Source: Eledone cirrhosa
Taxonomy: Eukaryota
NCBI GenBank assembly: GCA_964016885.1
Contig: OZ024741.1
Location: forward strand, 115,010,001-115,074,000
Length of the DNA stretch: 64,000 nucleotides
Direction: 5' to 3'
The first letter of the stretch is position 1; each line of letters begins with the position of its first letter. Below, piece after piece: positions 55,175 to 64,000 of the stretch. The notes under the pieces were generated by a model that searched no databases, was not told where the DNA came from, and saw nothing but the letters and a program-made list of their open reading frames with translations. The position numbers and the translations under genes are program-made.

Positions 55175-56248
55175 CAGGTATAGTATTTAAATGTTTTTCG
55201 TATACGGTGATTACAAACTATAATCAGTTCCTGCCTTTTATTCAATAAATCGTCCTTGGATTTAGTAATTTCCAAGATCTCCTGAACATAACCTGCATTC
55301 TCACCTGTTCCCAAGATATGGAGTTCTTTGTAGAATGGTGTTCCACGATAGCTTGAAATCTATTTTTTTCTTTTTATAGTTATTTACTGCTTCAGCTAAA
55401 GATGTGGTATTAGCTGGTTTAGTATTGTTAAACATACTAGAGTGTGCGTAATATCTTTTCTTAAATGTGTTCGGTGTACATCCTACATATGTTTTGTTGG
55501 AGTCAGTAGTAGACACAGTGCATTTATATATTACATTATTAATCAAACAGTTGCCATTTAAGGGGCAAATGCTTCTATTTCTGCAATTACAACCATACGT
55601 AAGATGGTTGTTGGGGGTACCTATACCATTATCATTAATCCTTGAGCTATTCCTATTGTAATTAATGTTAGTGGGAGAATGAAGGTTGATTTGTGGATGG
55701 TTTAGTGCTAGTGTTATATTGTGATTTTGTGTTATGTTGTTTTTGTGTTGGTGATTTGGGTGGTTGTGTTTTCCAGGTTGAAGGATTGTATTATTTGTCC
55801 TTTTAAAAGGTGCAGTCCTATTTAAATTATGTTGCGGTGGTGTAGTCATATTATTTTTAAATTTATAAATGTTGTAGTTGCTTATTTTTTGCTGGAGATT
55901 GTTTGATGTAGAGTATGAGAATTTAACAGTATACCTGTTAAATATTTGGTGGTATCTGTGGTTTGGTGGAATATGTTTATATAGAATTTCGAAGAATGTT
56001 TTGGGGATTTGTCCAATAGTTTGCAGGTTGAAGGGTGCGTTGTACCATGTTATATTTCTTTTGCGGTTTTTAGTTAAGTTATTATTTCCACTTATATTAA
56101 TGTGCTGTGTTCTAGAATAATTCCTATGGTTAGTATTTGTATTTGTGCAATTTGGTAAATTACCGTGGTTGTATTTGGTGTTATTATTGGGTAGATTATG
56201 AGAGGTTGAATGCTTGGTGGTCATATGTGAGTTGATAACATTGGTCAT
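55175..56248 (-). pseudogene. PLE linker + GIY-YIG endonuclease (Naiad-like), disrupted near the C-terminus
   Basis: RKRNITWYNAPFN..FNRYTVKFSYS..CNCRNRSICPLNGNC..VIYKCTV..YVGCTPNTFKKRYYAH..GNR*ECRLC / LLNKRQELIIVCNH. Confidence 0.92.
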
Positions 56249-56413
56249 AGTTTGATTATTTATTCATGGAGTTTGATTATTTATACATAGAGTTTGATTA
56301 TTTATACATGGAGTTTCATTATTTATACATGAGTTTGATTATTTATACATGAGTTTGATTATTTATACATGGAGTTTGATTATTTATACATGAGTTTGAT
56401 TATTTATACATGG
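56249..56413. repeat. Eight tandem copies of a 20-21 nt unit AGTTTGATTATTTATACATG(G)
   Basis: The unit is single-copy in the other arm (reverse complement at about 54605-54625). Confidence 0.95.
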
Positions 56414-56895
56414 ACATACTTGAAAGTATTTTAAGACATATCATACGCTGTATTATAATATGTACAATGTACCACACCGTACTATATTATGTTACATTAT
56501 ATTATATTATTGTATTACTATATTTCATTATCTTATTATAATTTTCATCTTTTAATATACTCTCTTTCCGCTTAATTTATATTCACCTAAAAACTCCATA
56601 CAACACAACTCAACATTTAATTTTTACATTCCTTTTAAACTTCACTATACCATATAGATTCAACTATGAATATGACAATCCCCTTTTTCCTAATAGATTC
56701 TTTATAGTAATTCTATTGTTAACACCATTCAACTATTCCTTTCAAAGGGTCATGACCTGAACTAAAGTGAACTATTTTTCATCTTAACATCATATGGGAA
56801 AAAAACAATCTGATTGGTTTGTTCTTCAGCTACCTCCAAATAAGGTCATAGAACTAAATTTACTACTAATTTACTACTAATTTTGAATAAAATTC

Positions 56896-57026
56896 TCATT
56901 GCTTTTGACAACAGCTGGTGATATACATGTAAGTAAATATTTTACTTATCTGTTACTTTGTAACTAACCTTACATACATCGATAACGAAATATTATCATC
57001 ACCTAGAAACGATCGTAAAGCGGTGA
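56896..57026 (+). ncRNA. Hammerhead, U3-A8 core, 94-nt stem II (inverted arm copy)
   Basis: TCATTGCTT-TTGACAA-...-GAAA-CGATCG-TA-AAGCGGTGA. Confidence 0.75.
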
Positions 57027-57202
57027 AGTATATTTCTAATGACTTGAATTTTTATTTCATTGTTTTAACTTATATCATGACTCTGTTTTCCTCTTAATGT
57101 TTTATTGTTTTCCGGGATTAATTTTAACCTACAACATTTTCAACATATGGATTACATTGATTTCTTCATGGAGACTGGACCCCACAACTTACCGTGGATA
57201 TC

Positions 57203-57271
<69 letters not shown>

Positions 57272-57320
57272 AAAGGAAAGTATATACTTTCAGACGTTCA
57301 ACCATCTGGCAGGAAGGTAT

Positions 57321-57363
57321 ACGATACTGACGATAGCTAATAAGCTTGAAACTAGTGCATCGT
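57321..57363 (+). ncRNA. Minimal hammerhead with GUG triplet
   Basis: ACGATA-CTGACGA-T AGCT aata AGCT T-GAAA-CTAG-TG-CATCGT. Confidence 0.68.
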
Positions 57364-57768
57364 TCCTGTGTCAGTGTTGAACAAAAAGGTGACCTGGTTG
57401 CCTAAACACTGTACGGCGTAATTCGGGCTGTTTGTTTGTTTACAAACAAACAAACCGAGCATTATAATAAATGTTCGGTAAACCGATACGTCTATATATA
57501 TATATGTGTGCATGTGTGTATATATATACATACTACTGTACGTCTGTATACAGATATGTATGTACGTATACATACATACATACTTACATCTAAGTAAGTG
57601 CCGTATTAAGAGTGAGAAATGAAATTTCGTCTCATTCTATACCATTTATCGTTTTCGGCGTGCCCAGCCGACTGAACTCACTCGAAAAGCTAATTAGGCT
57701 ACTCAGCCGTTAATATGCATAAGGAAAGTATATACTTTCAGACGTTCAACCATCTGGCAGGAAGGTAT

Positions 57769-57811
57769 ACGATGCTGACGATAGCTAATAAGCTTGAAAC
57801 TAGTGCATCGT
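57769..57811 (+). ncRNA. Minimal hammerhead with GUG triplet, tandem copy
   Basis: ACGATG-CTGACGA-T AGCT aata AGCT T-GAAA-CTAG-TG-CATCGT, with a perfect stem I. Confidence 0.75.
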
Positions 57812-57880
57812 TCCTGTGTCAGTGTTGAACAAAAAGGTGACGTGGTTGCCTAAACACTGTAAACATATATATATATATAT

Positions 57881-58183
57881 ATAGTAATAATAATAAATTT
57901 GAAGACTAAAATCCAAAGAGGGCTCGATAAGGATAAATATATATCAAATATATAAGAACCGTAGAGCAAATATTTATTAAAATAACAGATTAAAATTTAA
58001 GCAAAGAATCGCTGCTTTCACCCTTAACGGGATCTTCTGAATCTAACAAAGTCAATCTGTAAACGCAGAAGTGGATATTTCAAAAAACGTTGCAACCGGA
58101 GGAAGACAGGAAGACTATACTTTGGTTCGTGGGAACGTTCGCTGGCTAAGAACGGGAAAAAACGAATATAATACGTCATTAAT
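57881..58183 (-). mobile_element. Solo pseudo-LTR of the 2612-4390 family (U4A hammerhead at 57994-58044)
   Basis: Near-identical to 2609-2909. Confidence 0.85.
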
Positions 58184-58197
58184 ATATATATATATGA

Positions 58198-58302
58198 AGG
58201 CGCATGGCTTAGTGGTTAGAGCATTGGGCTTGCAATCGAAAGGTTGTGAGTTCAATTCTCGGACCGGGTCATGTGTTGTTTCCTTGAGCAAGACACTTTA
58301 TT
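58198..58302 (+). mobile_element. SINE tRNA-like head (relatives at 49170-49268 and 62720-62822 on the minus strand)
   Basis: GGCGCATGGCTTAGTGGTTAGAGC..GAGTTCAATTC followed by TCCTTGAGCAAGACAC. Confidence 0.8.
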
Positions 58303-59389
58303 TGTTGGAATCGGTTGCTATGGTGCTTGAAGTTGACCATGTGAAATAGGTCAACCTCAAACAGCGATAGCAGTGAGTTCAGCTGAGGAGTCCTGCAGGG
58401 TTTATAGCCGTATGTATCCTTTTAACCAAGCACCTATATTTCGTAGCGTCTATCGTAGAACAACACTCTCCATCTTAAACGTTTCAGGAACGTATCGATT
58501 TTTTGAGTGAGAGTCCTTCAGTAGATTTTGCTCAGTGGAAATCTAATATTCTTCGTCGAAAAGTCGATGGTGTGTCGTCGCATGGTGGGTTCAATGACCA
58601 GGTTGGGAACAAGAACGTGTTAATAAGAGCTGGGATAGGGGTGTGATATGTGTCGAATAGTGCTCCAATACAATAGGAGCTATATAAATCAAGATGGATT
58701 CTTTAGAAACTGGTTAGACAATTATGTCCTGGATTTTGTTCCGTAGTTAAGGCTGTTTGAAACGTAATTCTTGGATTAATTAAACTGTTAACAAACTCAG
58801 TTATATCCCTGATTTTATTCCATGGTTAATGGTGTTTGCAGTGTGGTACTTTAAATTCTTCATTATGTCCTGCTTTATCTGCCATAGTTAAGGTTTTATG
58901 TACGCGAATATGTGTGTGTCTATGTGTGTATGAGGCGCAGGTATTGAACCTCCGTCGGTTCGCACGATGATTGTCCGAACAACAGAACAGTCTGCTCGTG
59001 AACATATCCTGCAAGTGGCTGAACATTCAACGGGCACAGACAAAGCTAGCCCTTTGAATTACTGGTACAGTCCATAATGTACTTTAGTGTAAGTGGCCGA
59101 GTATTCCACAGACACATGTACACAGTTCTCCGGGAGATTCAGCATGACAGTATTTTACAGGGCTGGTAAAATTGACCTTGAAAGTCGATGATTCAGGACC
59201 GTGATCTCTGGCGCTAAACAATAATAGAAAAGACTCGCCTATCCACATGCAGGGCTGAGGCATATCTCTAGTGTGCATTACCTTCGCTCGCATCACTCCT
59301 ACCATACATCTCCCACGTCCTAACAGCCCACCCCTAGATCTACCTCCCCTATTTTCCATGCACCTCCCCCACCAAGTCCCCAATCCATC

Positions 59390-59749
59390 GGTGAAGTGGT
59401 CGTGTAAGTATCACGACAAAAAGCACCAAGCCTACACTGTAAAGTGGTCATGTAGGTGTCATGACAAAATGCACCCAGACCACACTGTAAGGTGGTCGTG
59501 TAGGTGTCACGACAAAAAGTGCCCTGCCTACACTTTAAAGTGGTCGTGTACGTGTCACAACAAAAAGCATCGAGCCCACACTGTAAAAGTGGTTGGCGTT
59601 AGGAAGGGCATCTAGCCGTAGAGACCAAACCAGAACTAGTTCTGTGTGAGCAAAACACGGTCCCCCGACCTGGCTTGTCTCACAGCGGATCAACCCGTCT
59701 AACCCATGCTAGCGTAGGAAATGGACGTTAAACGATGATGATGATGATG
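59390..59749 (+). mobile_element. SINE/RTE-type 3' tail with an internal 39-bp tandem amplification and (GAT)n end
   Basis: Five 39-bp units, then GGCGTTAGGAAGGGCATCTAGCCGTAGA..GGACGTTAAACGATGATGATG. Confidence 0.7.
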
Positions 59750-60294
59750 TCCGTCCCTCTTGTATTATAGTGTAAATGGTTGAGTATTCCACAGACGCGT
59801 GCATTATTAACATAATTCTCAGGGAGATTCAGCATGACACTGTGTGTGACAGGGTAGGCCATATGAATTACAGGTGGAGTCAATCTTGTATGTATTATAA
59901 TGCAAAAGGCAGAATATTCAACATACATGTTCTACTTAAGAGTTCTCGGGGAGATTCAGTATGACACATCGGGGAACACGCCTGACATTTTAAATTATAG
60001 GTATGGCTAATTGTTTTTCTCCAGCTGGACGTGAAATGAAGTATCTTGCTCAAGAACAAAATGCGCTGCTTGGAATCGAACTCACCTGGCTATGATCGTG
60101 AGCCGAACACTTTAACCGTAAAGCTACTCTCCTTCACCATATAAATTAGAACTCTCAAATTTCTTTAGCTTAAATTCTTCGATTATGTTCACGATTTTGT
60201 GCCAAAGATTCCTATTCATAAAAACACCGCTCTCCATCACCCAGTACCAGAACAACACGAAAGAGAGAATTCATATTAATTAACGTATAAGAAG

Positions 60295-60597
60295 CACACA
60301 GGGCCTAGTGATAAGTGTGTTGGACTTCGGATCAGTGCTGTTGTGGGTTTCGATTCCTGGACTGGGTTGTGTGCGGTGTTCTTGAGCATATCATTTCATT
60401 TTACGTTGATTCTGTCAGTATACTCAGCTGAATATGTGTACCAGCAGCAATAGCTTAGCTGGGGATTTAACCTTGCGATGGGCTAGCATCCTGTCCAGGA
60501 TAAGAGGGTGGTCTTGTATTCTCAGTCGCTTAACGCCTTGAAAACAGTGATAAGCATCGGCCTGATGAATTCTGCGAGGCAGACTTTAGATTTTAGA
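60295..60597 (+). mobile_element. SINE family 2, full length, diverged
   Basis: tRNA-like head, TTCTTGAGCA core, AACCTTGCGATGGGCTAGCATCCTGTCCAGG domain, TTTAGA tail. Confidence 0.72.
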
Positions 60598-60656
60598 TCA
60601 CAGCCACATAGCTTGAGGTTTGATTCCAATGCTATCAACTAACTTCCCTTAAAAGG

Positions 60657-60810
60657 GTCAGTAGATTGGCAGAATCGGTAGAGCGTCGGACAACGTATAA
60701 TGCAGCATTTCTTTTGGCACGTTTCGTTCTGGGTTCGAATCCTACCGAAGCCAACTTTGCCTTTCATTCTTCTGGGTTCGATAAAAACAACAACATACCG
60801 GCAGTACTGG
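60657..60810 (+). mobile_element. SINE family 1 (3' part displaced to about 60986-61070)
   Basis: Head and core, with the tail resuming after an interruption. Confidence 0.72.
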
Positions 60811-61324
60811 ACTTACCTATAAATTAAATAAGCAATAGGTTAGGGCCACATACTCTCAGCGGCTATATTTGAAATAAACATATTTTCTATCATTAATTTT
60901 TATTCATTGATACTAAATCATAAAAAAATAGGGTCGCAATTTTCATATAGATAAGGGCTTCAACAGATGAAAGTCCGGCCCTGTGTACCAGTGAAGTACT
61001 GGGTCGATATAATCGACTTTAATCGCTTTCCAAAATTACTGGTCTTGTGCCTAAATTAGAAATCCTTATTATATACTTCTACGAGACGGGAGTTATGAAA
61101 TTCGGAGGTTGGTGGGAGAATAATTTGTAACGGTTTTAAGGTGAGATTCGTTCAAAACATAAAATTATCGTAGGAAAAACGTAAATTCGCCTTCAAAATT
61201 CTAAAGAAATTTATCAAATACATGCCTTTTAAAATTACACAAATTATATTATTACACCTTCTCAAATACGTGTGTAATATAATAAATATTTACCTGAAAG
61301 CTTTGTGAGTGCAATATGGTAAAC

Positions 61325-61745
61325 GAAATCCGTGAGGGTAACCACATTTGGAGGGGTCTGAACACTGTATTTCTTGATCTGGGGTGCTAGAAAAATTCCA
61401 TGAGGGTGACCACATTTGGACGCTATATTATTTCTTGATCTGGGGTGGTAGATGGATTCCGTGAAGGTGTCCACATTCCGAGAGGTCTGAACGCTATATT
61501 AATTCTCGTTCTGGGTGGATTGGCAGTATCGGTAGAGCGTCAGACAACATGTTTAGCAGTATATAGTTATAGTCCTTTACTTTCTGAGTTCAAATCCCGC
61601 CGAGATTAGCTTTGCCTTTCATCCTTACGGGGTCGATAAAATAAATGCAGTGGGATAATTTCTGCCATTCTGCCAAAAGGAGAAACAATTATTTCTTGAT
61701 CTGGCGTGTTAGACGAAATCAGCGAGGGCGATCGCCTTTTGGAGA
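61325..61745. repeat. ~60-69 bp degenerate tandem repeat interrupted by a SINE family 1 copy (about 61514-61692, +)
   Basis: Recurrent CCACATTTGGA..ATTTCTTGATCTGGGG..GAGGGT. Confidence 0.7.
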
Positions 61746-62899
61746 GATGGGAAAGGGAGAGGATGGGAAGTACATAATGACGTAACTTCAAACAGCCAAG
61801 TGTGGGATTTACAAAATTGACGTTTACAGGACACCTTATACCACCAGTCAGTAATAAAGTCCTTAATTTTTTTGAATATTGTTTTTTGCCGACATAATTA
61901 AATTATGGTGTTTGCCATATCTTCAATTCTTGTTTAAAATTTTTCTCTTCTTAGTAATATATATTTTAAAATAAGAGCTAAGATTTTGCAAAGATTTTTA
62001 CGGGTGTGTTTTTTTTTAATGTTGTACATGATTAATTCGTTGACGAAGTTATAAAAAAACCACCTTTTTTCCCTTTGCAATTCCTAGTTGTAGAAATCCT
62101 ATGACATTATCAATATTGATTATTATTTAAGAATAATGAAATAAATTTACTATGCTCTGGCAACTCTTTCACACATAGAGTGACTAATATATACATTTAA
62201 GACGATTTGGCTGCTATTTCTAATAGGTTTAACCATAATGTAGAGATTAGTCTTCGTTGGTATATACATATATAGTGCAGTGTGTTTTGAGGGGGAATTC
62301 GTTGATATTTCTGACAGATCTAGCTACTATGTAGAGGACGGTCTACCACATTGACATACATATATACAAGTAGTTCCCAAACAGAGCACCTGCATTTATT
62401 TGAGGGAGATTTGGCTGCTACTTTTAACAGGCCTACTTACCATTAGCTCATACAAACACAAGACTGTAGGGTGTGATTTGAGGGAGAATTAGCTGCTATT
62501 TCTATTATTTCCAGCTATCATGTTATGGCATCGCTCTTTTATCTTGTATATATATATAACCAAATCCTCTTTTATCTTGTGTGTGACAGCTCACACTCAT
62601 GCATGTTTAGCTGGCCTCCCCCAAGGTATATCTCGCTGGTGCTGTCTTGGGTGATTTAATGATAGGGACTCCAGTCCTATCATCTCATTTCTACAGCTGA
62701 GTAAACTGGAGAACTGTGAAATAAAGTGTCTTACTCGAGCAAACAACAGATCACCCGGTCCGAGAATTGAACTCACAACCTTTCGATTGCAAGCCCAATT
62801 CTCTAACCACTAAGCCATGCGCACACTATCATAAAGAGCAAAAGACAACCTAAATCAATAAAAAACATCCTTACAGAGGTCAAAGTCCATCCGACCCCC

Positions 62900-63328
62900 A
62901 CAGTGAACGCTACAGTAAAAAAAATGCGGAAGACCCAACTGTGGTATATGTATCAATCTAATAGAGGTTTCGGAATTCCACTTCAAACAAGGACAACACT
63001 TTAGAGTTAAGTGCAATTTCACATGTGCTTCAGAAAACCTGATCTATGTGTTACGTGCTCAGGTTGTCGAGAGCACTACATAGGAGAGACCAAAAACAGA
63101 CCCCGACAATGTATGACCGTCCATAGATCCCAAATCAAAATACGGGAATACAGAAAGATAGCACTAAGTGAACACATCGTGACCTGCGCATCTAATGAAC
63201 AACCCAATTTTAGAATTTTTTCCCATCTACAAATTCAAAGACAACGCTTTCTACATCAACGCATTAGCAAGGAATCACAATTTATCGCCAAATACGAACC
63301 ACTTCTAAATGCTTCCACTTCGGACTAA
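62900..63328 (+). pseudogene. PLE zinc-knuckle + GIY-YIG fragment
   Basis: KKCGRPNCGIC..FTCASENLIY / CSGCREHYIGETKNRPRQCMTVHRSQI..SEH..ESQFIAKYEPLLN. Confidence 0.85.
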
Positions 63329-63663
63329 ACCAAAGCTGGCACACTTTAAAATTAACACCCTAGACAAATTAACCCTTTAGCAATGTATCCTCCTCCAAGA
63401 TTCCTGCAACCTCTGACAACTATATAATGCAGACCAAGCAACCACATAATAACACCCACATCAAGCAAGTCCTGGAGTACTTCAACATTTTCTACTAAAA
63501 TATGTTTCCTTTCTACTATCTGCTTATATATATATATATATATTGGTAAACGGAATAGAAAATGCTGACAAATTGTTCACAGTTGAAAAATGGTTTAATT
63601 AGGAATAAAAGAGTATTAGTGATTGTATGGGTTAGTATTCAGTTGTGGTTTTAAGTTTTTAAG

Positions 63664-63703
63664 TTTTTACCGGTTGCGCATTTCTAAATGCTTTTCAAAA
63701 ATA
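63664..63703 (-). ncRNA. Degenerate hammerhead (U3-A8 core, GAAA changed to GCAA)
   Basis: TTT-TTGAAAA-GCATTT ag AAATGC-GCAA-CCGG-TA-AAA; stem I is weak. Confidence 0.4.
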
Positions 63704-63764
63704 ATTTTGAGATAGAGTGTCCGTGCTGTTTGCTCTGATCTGATTAGTTTTGGGAATTCTACCT

Positions 63765-63989
63765 GTTTTTATGTTAAAAAGTGGTTCCAGCGTTATTTTT
63801 GTGTTGCAAAAATGCTTGTGGTCAAAACAATTTTGATTGGTCGGTAGAGGTCATGTGAATGTAAAAAGTTGATTTTGCGCCAAGGCGGTTTTTATGTTAA
63901 AAAAGTGGCTCCAGCAAAAATTCTTGGTCAAAACAATTTTGATTGGTCGGTAGAGGTCATGTGGATAAAAAATTGGTTTTGCGCCAAGA
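63765..63989. repeat. Two imperfect tandem units of ~100-123 bp
   Basis: GGTCAAAACAATTTTGATTGGTCGGTAGAGGTCATGTG occurs twice. Confidence 0.8.
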
Positions 63990-64000
63990 TTGAGAAATGA

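Larger units (their letters stand above)
53931..57075 (-). mobile_element. 5'-truncated Penelope-like element with ~690-bp inverted pseudo-LTR arm
   Basis: 53931-54626 is the reverse complement of 56392-57075, and the arms enclose a GIY-YIG frame. Confidence 0.92.
57273..57862 (+). mobile_element. Non-coding 448-bp HHR unit with ~140-bp terminal redundancy
   Basis: 57273-57413 repeats at 57721-57861; flanked by (TA)n. Confidence 0.87.

Noticed and set aside
55301-55303. In-frame TGA just before ECRLC as possible selenocysteine
   Set aside because: It aligns with Arg in the paralogue (GNKRTCDLC at 3092-3460), not Cys. It is probably CGA>TGA decay, and a frameshift follows.
58198-58270. tRNA gene
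   Set aside because: The A/B boxes run into a SINE body and no complete acceptor stem forms, so this is a SINE head.
56249-59595. Short tandem arrays (21-mer, 39-mer) as CRISPR-like
   Set aside because: There are no unique spacers and no cas genes, and the context is eukaryotic retroelement DNA.

Overview
AT-rich, repeat-dominated animal DNA, most likely cephalopod (octopus-like), inferred from its SINE families and long (TA)n arrays. No host protein-coding gene can be supported. The window holds many tRNA-derived SINEs, one decayed near-full-length RTE/BovB-type LINE, fragments of other LINEs, and a ~2 kb local duplication. It also holds at least six remnants of Penelope-like elements (PLEs) from several lineages. 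The main signal is non-coding. Read on both strands, the window gives more than 20 type I hammerhead ribozyme (HHR) motifs, intact or degenerate, from about 14 sequence-distinct families. They lie in PLE pseudo-LTRs and in small non-coding 450-670 bp units that occur as tandem and inverted copies ending in (TA)n. Most have a minimal palindromic stem III. Several show unusual shared features: 50-115 nt stem II insertions, a recurrent pyrimidine.C mismatch at stem II position 4, U3-A8 covariation, a U4A core, and a GUG cleavage triplet. One PLE junction carries an 8-fold reiterated 20-21 nt template segment. All ribozyme folds were derived by eye, and activity is untested.
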